Assembly: GCA_964408455.1 (NCBI GenBank)
Contig: CAYOZN010000023.1
Location: forward strand, 34,471 to 98,470
Origin: an uncultured Planctomycetaceae bacterium
GTDB lineage: Bacteria > Planctomycetota > Phycisphaerae > UBA1845 > UTPLA1
Reading direction: 5' to 3'
DNA length: 64,000 bases
A model generated the notes under the pieces. The model made no database searches, was not told the DNA's origin, and was given only the letters and a program-made list of their open reading frames with translations. Shown here piece after piece: positions 28,285 to 37,771 of the stretch. The translations under genes were made by a program, and so were the position numbers. Numbering within the stretch: the first letter of the stretch is position 1; each line of letters begins with the position of its first letter.

Positions 28285-29301
28285 TTGCGCGAGTTTCGCA
28301 GGGCCTTTTCCGGTGCGGCAACAGCGACGGCATACCGGCTGGGGCCGATGCTGCCCGGGTTTGCCATTGGGGCGCTCGAACGCACCACGTCGGCGCTGGG
28401 GCCCTGGATGCCGGGCCTCGGCAGCCTGGTTCGATCCAATTTGCGCGCGGCCGGGCTGTACGACCGCCGGGCGCTCCATGCGTATTTCCGCAATTCGGCA
28501 CGACATCTGGCGAACGGCGCGAGGCTTTTTCATGCGCGGACGCCGGAAGCGCTGATCGCCCGCCTGGCGCAACGTGAAGTGCGGGTCGACGACTCCGTGG
28601 ACATCGTCCGGCAGGAATCGAGCCGTGGCGGCGTGCTGCTGGCCCCGGCCCACAGCTGCAATTTTCTGGTGTCGCTGGCGCGATTGCGGCGCGACATTCC
28701 GCTCAGCATTTTTCTGCGATGGTCGTCCAGCGCCAGGCGCCTGGAGATGAAGCGGCGATGGTGTCGCGCTGCCGGCATCGACATCATCATGGAACCATCC
28801 AATGCGGCCGATCCGACGGCGCGGGCCGCGGTCGTCGTGGATGCGCTTCGCGAGGGGAAAACCGTGGCGATCACGCCGGATATTGCCCAGAAGTCGACCG
28901 AGGGCACGCCGGTTGACTGGCTCGGCCGGCGCGCGTACCTGCCGACCGGCCCGGCATCGCTGGCCATGCTGGCGGAGGCGCCGATGGTGCCGCTGTTCTC
29001 AACCTTTGCGGGCGACGTGCAGACGCTCTACTTTGAGGAGCCGATCCGCATCGCCATGCTGCCGCGATCGGCGGGAGGAAGACCGGAGGCGGTGCGGCGC
29101 GCCATGCAGACGTGGTGCGACGGTTTTGAGCGATACCTGCGAGCAGCGCCTGAAGCGTGGTTTCTCTGGGCCGACAGCCGCTGGACCCGCGTTTTGCGCG
29201 GCGATCCAAAATACGGCGGGCCGTCGCGCGGCGACGCCGACTCCATGTCGAACAGGACCGGCAGCACCAACGCAACGGGCAAGGAAGGTGGAGCGCATTG
29301 A
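28285..29301 (+). CDS. lysophospholipid/lipid A acyltransferase-like protein (LpxL/HtrB-family fold, weak motif match)
   Basis: Size and overall pattern resemble the Lip_A_acyltrans family (APAHSCNF region). The HX4D/E motif is not cleanly conserved, so the call is tentative. Confidence 0.4.
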   Translation: MREFRRAFSGAATATAYRLGPMLPGFAIGALERTTSALGPWMPGLGSLVRSNLRAAGLYDRRALHAYFRNSARHLANGARLFHARTPEALIARLAQREVRVDDSVDIVRQESSRGGVLLAPAHSCNFLVSLARLRRDIPLSIFLRWSSSARRLEMKRRWCRAAGIDIIMEPSNAADPTARAAVVVDALREGKTVAITPDIAQKSTEGTPVDWLGRRAYLPTGPASLAMLAEAPMVPLFSTFAGDVQTLYFEEPIRIAMLPRSAGGRPEAVRRAMQTWCDGFERYLRAAPEAWFLWADSRWTRVLRGDPKYGGPSRGDADSMSNRTGSTNATGKEGGAH

Positions 29302-30089
29302 CGGCTTTGGGGCTGCTCCTGTGCGTGCCTGTCATCATGTGGCTGGTGCAGAGCGCGCTGCTTCGCTGCGCCGGATTGCCTCTTCGCTGGACGATCGACG
29401 CCGGGGATGCGCCGCGGTTTGTGCGCACCGGTGGGCGAATCGCGACACAGACATGCCTGGTTGCCCTGATCCTGTGCTATCCGTTGTGTGTCGGAGAATT
29501 GCCCTGGCCGTACTATTCGCACCTGTTTCCGTGGACGGCGTCGGCCCGGTCGGGAGCGCACGGCGCGGCGGCGGCGTCGCTGTGCCTGTCGGTGCTTTAT
29601 CTCGCGTGGATTCTGGCGGGCAGCGTCGAAGTGCGCGTGCATCAGTCGCGACGGCGCTGGCAGCGGCGGCTCCTGCTGCTGGTGCCGACGGCCTGTTTCG
29701 GCGCGATGGTCGAAGAAATGCTGTTTCGCGGCGTATTGATGGCGGATCTACTGCGAACCGAGTTGAGCGGAAGCGCGGCGGTCCTGATCACGGCGATTGT
29801 CTTCGCGATTGCCCATTATGTTCGCAGCGTGAAGCGCAAGTGGACCTTGTTCGGGCACATCGCCCTGGGAATCGTGCTCTCCATCGCTTTCCTGCGGACG
29901 GGAAACCTGTGGCTGCCCGCGGGCCTGCACGCCGGCGGCATTCTATTGATCATGGGGATGCGACCGTTCATACGCTATCGCGGGCCGACCTGGCTGACCG
30001 GGGCGAGTATTTATCCCTTCGCGGGGGCTGCGGGGATTGCAGGATTGGGCACGCTGACGGCGTACGTGTGGCACTACCATGGATCATGA
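29298..30089 (+). CDS. CPBP family intramembrane glutamic endopeptidase (CAAX protease/Abi domain)
   Basis: Motif 1 EEMLFRG, motif 2 FAIAHY, motif 3 H...N within TM helices. The likely TTG start at 29298 overlaps the upstream stop (TTGA). The first ATG is at 29337. Confidence 0.7.
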   Translation: MTALGLLLCVPVIMWLVQSALLRCAGLPLRWTIDAGDAPRFVRTGGRIATQTCLVALILCYPLCVGELPWPYYSHLFPWTASARSGAHGAAAASLCLSVLYLAWILAGSVEVRVHQSRRRWQRRLLLLVPTACFGAMVEEMLFRGVLMADLLRTELSGSAAVLITAIVFAIAHYVRSVKRKWTLFGHIALGIVLSIAFLRTGNLWLPAGLHAGGILLIMGMRPFIRYRGPTWLTGASIYPFAGAAGIAGLGTLTAYVWHYHGS

Positions 30090-30540
30090 TTCCCGTGACA
30101 GAACTGGTGGCGCGTCGGATACGGCGCAGGAGCACGGCGCAGGGAGGCGTATCGCCGCGCGGCTGCCGGACCGGGATTTTGCCGGGGCGTTCACCGCGTT
30201 CCTTCAGCGAGAAGGTTTAGACAGCGCCGGTTTGTTTGCCCCCAAGGATGACGACGAGCTGGATTCGCGCCTGAGCAGGGGCGAGTTTGACGTCGTCGTG
30301 TTTCCCGATGGCGATACGCTGGCCGAGATGATTCTGTCCGGCGATGCCCGGCTGTCCGAATGGGACCGACAACGCGTAGCTATTCGGTTCGCATCCGGCG
30401 AGGATCGGGCCTTTGTGGACCGGGTGTTCTCCATCCACTCGCGCCGAGCAGCTGCGGCCAACCGCAGGCGAACGGTGGCATGCCTGGTGCTGAGCGTGGT
30501 GGCGCTGGCATCACTGGCCGTGCTGCTGTTTTTGAGATGA
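30079..30540 (+). CDS. hypothetical protein with C-terminal TM anchor
   Basis: Overlaps the CPBP stop. C-terminal hydrophobic segment VACLVLSVVALASLAVLLFL. No known motif. Confidence 0.35.
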   Translation: MDHDSRDRTGGASDTAQEHGAGRRIAARLPDRDFAGAFTAFLQREGLDSAGLFAPKDDDELDSRLSRGEFDVVVFPDGDTLAEMILSGDARLSEWDRQRVAIRFASGEDRAFVDRVFSIHSRRAAAANRRRTVACLVLSVVALASLAVLLFLR

Positions 30541-30922
30541 GTTACTGCCCGCCGCCGCCCAATCACGACGCCCGATCTCGCCAGCCGTGGTGTAAAACAG
30601 TTTATTACAAGGGTTTGCGTGACTCTGGCCATGCAAAATCCTTGAATGGCAGCCACGGGACGGGTACAGTAGATGTGCGGTGGGATTGCCCGAGTCGATC
30701 GATCGTCGCCAGGAATCGTGGGCGTTTTGGGGAAGAATCCGGCGTGGGGATGGAAGTGCGCCATTTCTTCTTGATCGAGCCGGGTGAACAACTGTGATGA
30801 GTTCGGCATTCGTCGCTGGTAGCGGCGGGGCCTTATAGCGTCGTCGTAAAGCCCGGTGCGGGCCGGCCAGCGTGTGTGCAGGCCGATCGTGTCTGAAACT
30901 CTCTCCGCGTGCGGGAGCCTCC

Positions 30923-33718
30923 ATGAGTGAGCGTACTCGTTGGCCGACTGGCTACAGAGCGATCGTTTGGAGCCTCGCCGCGATCGCCATTCTGATTGGT
31001 GCGCCGGCACGCGCGCAATGGGTTGAATCCGGCGATGCGGGCGATTTTCCGACCGCGGCCGGTTACCAGAACACGGTCGGCAGCGGCCCCCTTTCAACCA
31101 TAAGCGGCACGACCAATACCGGCAGCAATGACCGGACCGACGCCTACTGCATAGTCGTCAGCAACGCGGCGACGTTTCACGCCACGACGAACTTCGCGGA
31201 CAATCCGAACGCCTCGGCGACGTGGGACACGCGACTATTTCTTTTTCAGCCCGATGGCACGTTCGTGCTTGCCAACGACGACACGCCGAGTTCGGCGACG
31301 CTTCAGTCGTTTATCAGCGATCCGGCGACGTTCCCGAACACGCCCGATGGCGGCACCTTCGATAGTCCGGCCAGCCTGGTGAGCGGCCAGTCGTATATCC
31401 TGGTCATCACCGGCTTTTCAAACACGCCTGAGGATGTGACGGGGGACGATCTGGCCCGCATTACATCGGGCAACGGCTGGAAGCGGCTCTACGGGCTGAA
31501 TCCCCTTTCTGATGGCACCTTCCATCATTGGCTCAACGGCTCGACAACCAGCGGCAGCTACACCATCGCCCTGGTCGGCGCTGAATTCTGCGTGGATGAG
31601 ACGCTGGGCGCATGCTGCCGTAATGATGGCACCTGCGACGATGGCCTCGATGAGACCGACTGTACCTCGACCGGCGGTGCTTTTCACGGCGCGGGCTCGA
31701 CGTGCGCCGGCTCGAGTTGTGCCGGGGCCTGCTGCCACGCCGATGGTGGCTGCACGCTGGAAGACAGTGCAGATGTCTGTGCCGCCGCCGGCGGCGTTTT
31801 TCAGGGGATCAACACCAACTGCACCACGGCGGCCTGCCCGCAGCCGAACGATCTGTGTGCCGATGCCACGGTGCTTCAGATCGGCGTGCCATTCGTCGGC
31901 GTCAACATCGGCGCGACGGACGATGACACGCCCGACTGCACCGTGGTCTCGCCCAACCAGGGCATGTGGTATAGCGTCATCGGAACGGGCGGCACGTTGA
32001 CGGCGACGACCTGCATGCCGGCAAGCGATTTTGATACGGTCATGCAGGTCTGGTGCAGTTGCGGCCTGGTGGATTGCGTGGGCGGCAACGACGATGCATC
32101 CGGGGCCCTTGATGCGGCGTGCGAACTGACCGCGGCGCCGGGCTTCAATCGCCTTTCGCGTTTTTCGTGGTGCTCACAGGCGGACCAGGCGTATTTCATT
32201 CATGTCGGCGGGTTCAATGGGGCCCTGCCGATGGGCACCTTCGAGTTGATCGTGACCGACGATGGCGTGCCGTGCGGCGAACCGGCGTTCTGCTCGCCGC
32301 CGACGGGCGCGTGCTGCACCGAGTTCGGATGTTCCGACGGGCAGACCGAAGCCGACTGCCTTGCAAACGGTGGAGCCTACGCGGGCGATGAAATTATCTG
32401 CGCGACCGAGCCCTGTCCTGCGCCGCCTCCCAACGATGAATGCGCCGATGCCATCATCATCACCGGCAACGGCCCGACCGGCGTCAACACCTGTCTCGGG
32501 ACTTTGTCGCCCGAGAACGGCCTGGTTTGCCAGCCCAATGCCACCAATGACGTCTGGTGGATTTACGAGGCCCCCTGCTTTGGCACGCTGACGATTGATG
32601 CAAGCGGAAGCCTGTTCGGCCCGGCGGGTGATACCGTGCTGGCGGTTTACGATCTGTGCGGCGGTACCGAGCTGGTTTGCGACGACAATGGCGGCGAGGG
32701 CAATCACGCCATGCTGTCGCTGCCGGTCGCGCAGGAACAGCAGATCGTCATTCGAGTGGCCGGCGCCGCCGAAGGTGAGTGCGGCGACGTGTCGCTGAGT
32801 TTTGATTGCGCGCCGCTGTGCACCACGTGCCCGGGCGACATGACCGGCGATCTCGTGCGCCGCGGGGACGACATTCAGCAGTTCGCCGGCTGCTTCCTTC
32901 AGTACTACGGGGTGGCGCCCGGCGCCGAGTGTGTTTGTGCAGACGCGGACGGCAACGGGTCCATCGGCGATTCGGATATCAGCGTGGCCGTGGATTTCCT
33001 GGTCCACGGTCCCTTTCAGTGCGATCCCGGCCGCTGCTGCTATTCCGAGGAAGGGCAGGCGCTCTGCACCATCAATGCCGACTCGGAATGTGCCGCACTC
33101 GGCGGCTACTGGATGCCCAACATCGCCGAGTGCGATAGCGATCCTTGCCCGATCGGCCGGTGCTGCTCTGCCGACGGCCTCATCTGTGCAAACCTCTCAC
33201 ACGTCGAGTGCGATCTGCTCGGCGAGACCTGGACGGCCGGCCTCTCGTGCCTCGAGAATCCTTGTGAAGTCCCGCCGCCCAATGACCAGTGCGGAAGCAT
33301 GCTGGAGGCCGTCGAAGGGGCACATCCTTTCGATCTGACCAACGCCACCAGCATCGGTCCCGCCGAGCCGGCGTGCGAGTTTCAATCCGGCGGAATCAAC
33401 ATCGAGCAGGATACGTGGTTTGTCTATACGGCGACCTGCACCGGCATCCTCTTCGTGGATACCTGCGGCAGCGAACAGGATGACACGCGGATCGCGGTTT
33501 ATGCGGGCAGCGACTGCAACAATCTCGGCGAGCCGCTCGAATGCAACGACGATCACGGCGAAGCGACCGAGGGTGACACGGGGCTGGTCTGCCCCGGCAC
33601 CAAGGAGGCTTCGCTGTCGATTCCCACGACGGCGGGCAACGAATACATCATCCGCGTCGGTTCGCCGGATGGCAGCCAGGGCGGCGATGACGTGCTGAAT
33701 ATCCATTGCGAACCATAG
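30923..33718 (+). CDS. large secreted Cys-rich protein: 4 PPC-like beta-sandwich domains interleaved with 6-Cys modules; one dockerin-like Ca-binding motif
   Basis: GGGAG SD-like motif plus ATG 30923 and a signal peptide. Repeated (P)PPND(E/L/Q)C(A/G)... domains ending ...Y(I/Y)IRVG..G......L...C fit the PPC pattern. GACCx3-4(D/G)GxCx5-7Cx3GGx3-7Cx3-4C modules appear at least 5 times. Dockerin-like half-site DADGNGSIGDSD. Confidence 0.7.
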   Translation: MSERTRWPTGYRAIVWSLAAIAILIGAPARAQWVESGDAGDFPTAAGYQNTVGSGPLSTISGTTNTGSNDRTDAYCIVVSNAATFHATTNFADNPNASATWDTRLFLFQPDGTFVLANDDTPSSATLQSFISDPATFPNTPDGGTFDSPASLVSGQSYILVITGFSNTPEDVTGDDLARITSGNGWKRLYGLNPLSDGTFHHWLNGSTTSGSYTIALVGAEFCVDETLGACCRNDGTCDDGLDETDCTSTGGAFHGAGSTCAGSSCAGACCHADGGCTLEDSADVCAAAGGVFQGINTNCTTAACPQPNDLCADATVLQIGVPFVGVNIGATDDDTPDCTVVSPNQGMWYSVIGTGGTLTATTCMPASDFDTVMQVWCSCGLVDCVGGNDDASGALDAACELTAAPGFNRLSRFSWCSQADQAYFIHVGGFNGALPMGTFELIVTDDGVPCGEPAFCSPPTGACCTEFGCSDGQTEADCLANGGAYAGDEIICATEPCPAPPPNDECADAIIITGNGPTGVNTCLGTLSPENGLVCQPNATNDVWWIYEAPCFGTLTIDASGSLFGPAGDTVLAVYDLCGGTELVCDDNGGEGNHAMLSLPVAQEQQIVIRVAGAAEGECGDVSLSFDCAPLCTTCPGDMTGDLVRRGDDIQQFAGCFLQYYGVAPGAECVCADADGNGSIGDSDISVAVDFLVHGPFQCDPGRCCYSEEGQALCTINADSECAALGGYWMPNIAECDSDPCPIGRCCSADGLICANLSHVECDLLGETWTAGLSCLENPCEVPPPNDQCGSMLEAVEGAHPFDLTNATSIGPAEPACEFQSGGINIEQDTWFVYTATCTGILFVDTCGSEQDDTRIAVYAGSDCNNLGEPLECNDDHGEATEGDTGLVCPGTKEASLSIPTTAGNEYIIRVGSPDGSQGGDDVLNIHCEP

Positions 33719-33966
33719 GCTGCAACAGCCCCCGGACGGCAAATTCCCGCGGATCGGGGCGGCCTGCGGCGAATCGTTGCGGCCGTTCCCATTTGGCTCC
33801 CTTTGCCTTAAGATGAACATTCGTTTCGGGGCATTTCATGCGCCTCCCGAACCGCCTGGAAGTCTGCCCGAAGCGGCGACCAGACCGGAGGCGTTCGCTG
33901 GCCCCGATACCTCTTCGACCAAAGCGTCCTCGCCGGCGCGGGTTAAGCACGAAAGGACCTGTTGTT

Positions 33967-34830
33967 ATGCATTCCCATCGTTTGACTTACGTTGCCGCAC
34001 TGGGCCTGACGTTCACATGGTTTGCCGGGGCAGGTTGCGAATCGACGCGCCGGACGTCGTCAAACCCGTCCAAGCCATCTGTGCAGGCTTCCAACACGCC
34101 CGTGAGCGCCTCGACCGCGGGCGAATCAAAGCCGGCGACGAGTACCACCGACCGGAAGACTTCCGCGACAGAACCCGGAACCGCCCGGAATGTGGCGGCC
34201 GCGCCCGTTCCTGCGCAGGGCCAGGACATGGGCGTGAGTCCGGCAAGCTGGTCGTCGAGCATGTCCGGCGCCGAGCCGGCCTCGATGGACGAAGCAAATC
34301 TGGTTAAGCAGGTGGTCAAGCCGGCGCCGCCGATGGCCGGTCCTGGCGAGGTCGTGACGGCCGACGGCGAAGTGCTCTTCGTTCGTCAGAAGATGCGGGA
34401 GGGCGCGGCCGGCGGCATTTCCGAGCAGTACTGTGAAAAGCAGAACGCCGATGGCAGTTTTGTCAAACATGGTCCCTGGGCCAGGTGGTTTGAGAATGGC
34501 GATCCGTACCTGGCCGGCGAGTTTCTGGACGGTCGCGAGCACGGCATGCTCTTCTCATGGCACCCAAATGGCCAGTTGCGCGGCGTCGGCCAGTTCGTCT
34601 TCGGCGACAAGGTGGGCAAGTGGATCAAGTGGGATGATACCGGCCGCAAGCGCAACGAGTGGCACTACGAAAACAATTTGAGAAACGGCCCCTTCACCGA
34701 ATGGGATGAAAACGGCGATATCGTCAAGAATGGCGAGTACGTCGATGATCGGCAGAACGGCCCGTGGGTGGAAGTCGTCAACGGCGTGCGGACCGAGCGG
34801 ACGTGGAAGTATGGCGTGCCGCAGGACTGA
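33967..34830 (+). CDS. lipoprotein with MORN-repeat variant (YwqK-like) domain
   Basis: ATG 33967 after AAAGGA. Signal peptide ending ...FAGAGC. C-terminal repeats GPWARWFENGDPYLAGEFLDGREHG / GKWIKWDDTGRKRNEWHYENNLRNG / PFTEWDENGDIVKNGEYVDDRQNGPW. Confidence 0.6.
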   Translation: MHSHRLTYVAALGLTFTWFAGAGCESTRRTSSNPSKPSVQASNTPVSASTAGESKPATSTTDRKTSATEPGTARNVAAAPVPAQGQDMGVSPASWSSSMSGAEPASMDEANLVKQVVKPAPPMAGPGEVVTADGEVLFVRQKMREGAAGGISEQYCEKQNADGSFVKHGPWARWFENGDPYLAGEFLDGREHGMLFSWHPNGQLRGVGQFVFGDKVGKWIKWDDTGRKRNEWHYENNLRNGPFTEWDENGDIVKNGEYVDDRQNGPWVEVVNGVRTERTWKYGVPQD

Positions 34831-34855
34831 CACCTGGCCAGGCCCGAATCAGAAT

Positions 34856-34938
<83 letters not shown>

Positions 34939-35594
34939 GCGTGCCTCACGTGCGACAAAAACATGATCGGCGTTTCCCGGGCCTCCGTCAACGTGTGTGC
35001 GCCTTCGCGGCCGCTGCGTACGTGATTGCGCGGGCCCGCTCGTTTCATGCGTGTGTGCATGTTGCAGGATCACCGCCCCCGCGTTCCGAACGTGCTGTAA
35101 GATGCCGCCGCCGGTACGCAACGGTCGCGGCAGCATCTGGTCATCCATGCAAGCCCGCGATGGGGCCCCGATCCGACTCACCCCTCCGCCAGCCGCGCGC
35201 GTCCAGCGCCGGGAAGTTTGCCTCAGCTTCTTCCAGGCAACCTATTGAACAGTTCGGTTGGGCCTGCGGGGCCTCGAATGCATCACCTGACCGGTCCTGT
35301 CGGTGCCGGGCGGGCCTGCATGCGAGATTTATCCGCAATTCGCGTGAAGCGGCGAAATGCATGTCGCATTAGACCCCGTGAGATTAGAATCGCCCCACCG
35401 TGTTCGTGGCCGCAAGTGGCCGTGCCGCCCCAACGCCGGCAGGAGAGATACCGGTCTCGCCCGCGGCTGGTGCGTGGCACATGGGTCGGCATCCATCGGC
35501 AGTGTCAGAAACGACGCGAGAGTGGTTTGCGCCGTCTCACATCGTTCAGGTGATTTGATATGAGCAAGGTTCCCAGATTTCCGGAGGTATCACG

Positions 35595-37280
35595 ATGACC
35601 GCCCGCATCGCCCTGTTTCTTCTGGCGTTGATGCCAGTTGCTGGATGTTCCGCCGCACGCGGCGCGCCTGAGTTATCCGAATCGAAGCCGCGGCTGTTTG
35701 AGGGCATGGGCCAGCATGCCAGGGCCGTTCAGACCAGCTCTCCCGAGGCCCAGAAGTTCTTCGACCAGGGCCTGATCTGGACCTACGCCTTCAACCACGA
35801 CGAGGCGATTCGTTCATACGGCGAGGCGGCACGGCTGGATCCCGATTGCGCCATGGCCTGGTGGGGAATTGCCCTGTGCAACGGTCCGCACATCAACAAT
35901 CCCGTCATGCCGGCCGAGCGGTCGGTCGCCGCGTGGGACGCGCTTCAGAGGGCGATCGCTGCGAGGGAAAATGCCGGGCCGGTTGAGCGGGAGCTGATCG
36001 ATGCACTGGCCGAGCGCTACGCCAGCCCGACACCGGAAGACCGCCGGCCACTGGACGAGGCTTATGCGGCGGCGATGAAGCGCGTTTACGAATCGCATCC
36101 GGACGATGCCGACATTGCAACGCTATATGCCGAAGCGCTGATGGACCTTCAGCCGTGGGACCTGTGGGCGAAGGACGGGTCGCCCAAGGGCAACACGAAC
36201 GAGATCCTGGCCGTTATCGAGCATGCATTGACGCTCGATGCCGCGCACCCCGGGGCCAATCATCTCTACATTCACGCGGTCGAGGCTTCGCCACAACCGG
36301 AACGCGGCATCGCGGCGGCCGACCGGCTGCGCAATCTGGTGCCGGTTTCGGGTCATTTGGTGCACATGCCGTCGCACATCGACGTGCAGGTGGGCCGCTG
36401 GGCCATGGCGTCGGCACAGAACCAGGCCGCGGCCGCCGCCGATCGGGCCTATCGCAAGCTGTCGCCGAAGCAGGGCTTTTACAACCTGTACATGGCCCAC
36501 AACAACCACTTCCTCGCCTTTGCCTGCATGATGGAGGGCCGCAGCGCCATTGCCCTGGAGGCGGCGGACGCCATGCTGGCCGGCATACCAGACAGTTTCG
36601 TGCGCGACCAGTCGGCCTTTGCCGATCCGTTTCTGTCGTTCCGGCTGGATGTGCTGAAGCGGTTCGGCCGGTGGGATGACGTGTTGAAAGAGCCCCGACC
36701 ACGCGGTGGCCTGCCGATCTCGACGGCCATGTGGCACTACTCGCGCGGTATCGCACATGCGGCAAAGGGCAACGTCGACGCGGCCCTGAAGGAGCAGGAG
36801 CAGTTCCGCTCGGCGGTCAAGAAGGTTCCGCAGGATGCTCTGACCGGCATCAATCCGGCACACAAGGTGCTGTCCATTGCCGATCGCATGTTGACGAGCG
36901 AGATCGAGTTTCGCCGCGGCAAACTGGACGAGGCCGTGTCGATTCTGCGCGAAGCCGTCGCGATCGAGGACGATCTGCTCTACATGGAGCCGCCGGAGTG
37001 GATGCAACCGGTGCGGCACACCCTCGGGGCTTTCCTGACCAGCGCCAAGCGCTACAGCGAGGCGGAAGATGTGTACCGGGCGGACCTGAAGGTCTGGCCC
37101 GAAAACGGCTGGTCGCTGTATGGCCTGGCGCAGTCTTTGAAGGCGCAGGGCAAGACAGCGGAGGCGAAGCAGGTGGAAGAGCGCTTCGCGAAGACGTGGG
37201 CAAAGGCCGACGTGAAGATCGGTTCGAGTTGCCTGTGCGTCAAAGCTGAAGAGGCAAGCTGCTGCACGGTCGGGCGATAA
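35595..37280 (+). CDS. TPR-repeat lipoprotein
   Basis: GGAGGT SD-like motif plus ATG. Lipoprotein signal LALMPVAGC. Multiple TPR-like helical repeats (AEALMD, YIHAVEAS, W...YGLAQSLKAQGKTAEA). Confidence 0.6.
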   Translation: MTARIALFLLALMPVAGCSAARGAPELSESKPRLFEGMGQHARAVQTSSPEAQKFFDQGLIWTYAFNHDEAIRSYGEAARLDPDCAMAWWGIALCNGPHINNPVMPAERSVAAWDALQRAIAARENAGPVERELIDALAERYASPTPEDRRPLDEAYAAAMKRVYESHPDDADIATLYAEALMDLQPWDLWAKDGSPKGNTNEILAVIEHALTLDAAHPGANHLYIHAVEASPQPERGIAAADRLRNLVPVSGHLVHMPSHIDVQVGRWAMASAQNQAAAAADRAYRKLSPKQGFYNLYMAHNNHFLAFACMMEGRSAIALEAADAMLAGIPDSFVRDQSAFADPFLSFRLDVLKRFGRWDDVLKEPRPRGGLPISTAMWHYSRGIAHAAKGNVDAALKEQEQFRSAVKKVPQDALTGINPAHKVLSIADRMLTSEIEFRRGKLDEAVSILREAVAIEDDLLYMEPPEWMQPVRHTLGAFLTSAKRYSEAEDVYRADLKVWPENGWSLYGLAQSLKAQGKTAEAKQVEERFAKTWAKADVKIGSSCLCVKAEEASCCTVGR

Positions 37281-37771
37281 GGCAGCACGGCATCGACGTG
37301 CGAAGCCAAACAGGGGGCACGCGCTGGCCGCGTGCCCCTTTTCCGTTTTTACGAAAGCAACATTCAGGCTGGCGCAAGTGAGTGCCGGCGCTCGCGGAAT
37401 ACAACACGCCCGCATAGTCGGTACAGCCTGCCCATCCGCGCACCTGCCCCGGCCAAATTTGTAACTCCCACATTAGCAGTCTCTTATGGCGCGTCGCAGC
37501 GCCGGGCACTCGTTGGCCGGACAGCGGCCGGGTCATTGCAGCAACCCCCGGAAAGCCGGCCCGCCGTCTGTTTTCGGGGTCGGCACCGTGGCTTGGGGGA
37601 AGCAGCGGTGGTCCTGGCTGTGGCAGACAACGTGGTTCAGTTCTTCCGCCCGCGGGCGAAGCTGATCATCCTCACCTTCTTCACCTATCTTGCGCTGTGC
37701 TGATCGCGGCCGAACGCGGGCGGCGCACCAGCGGTGCCGCGCGACCGGCCAAGTTTTGACCAACCGGCCTG

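Noticed and set aside
33000-33030. Cellulosome interpretation of the dockerin-like DxDxDGxxxxxD motifs in the two Cys-rich secreted proteins
   Set aside because: Each protein has only a single half-site and not the duplicated dockerin pair. No cohesin-like or scaffoldin genes occur in the window, and Planctomycetes commonly carry isolated dockerin-type Ca-binding loops. These were treated as generic Ca-binding motifs.
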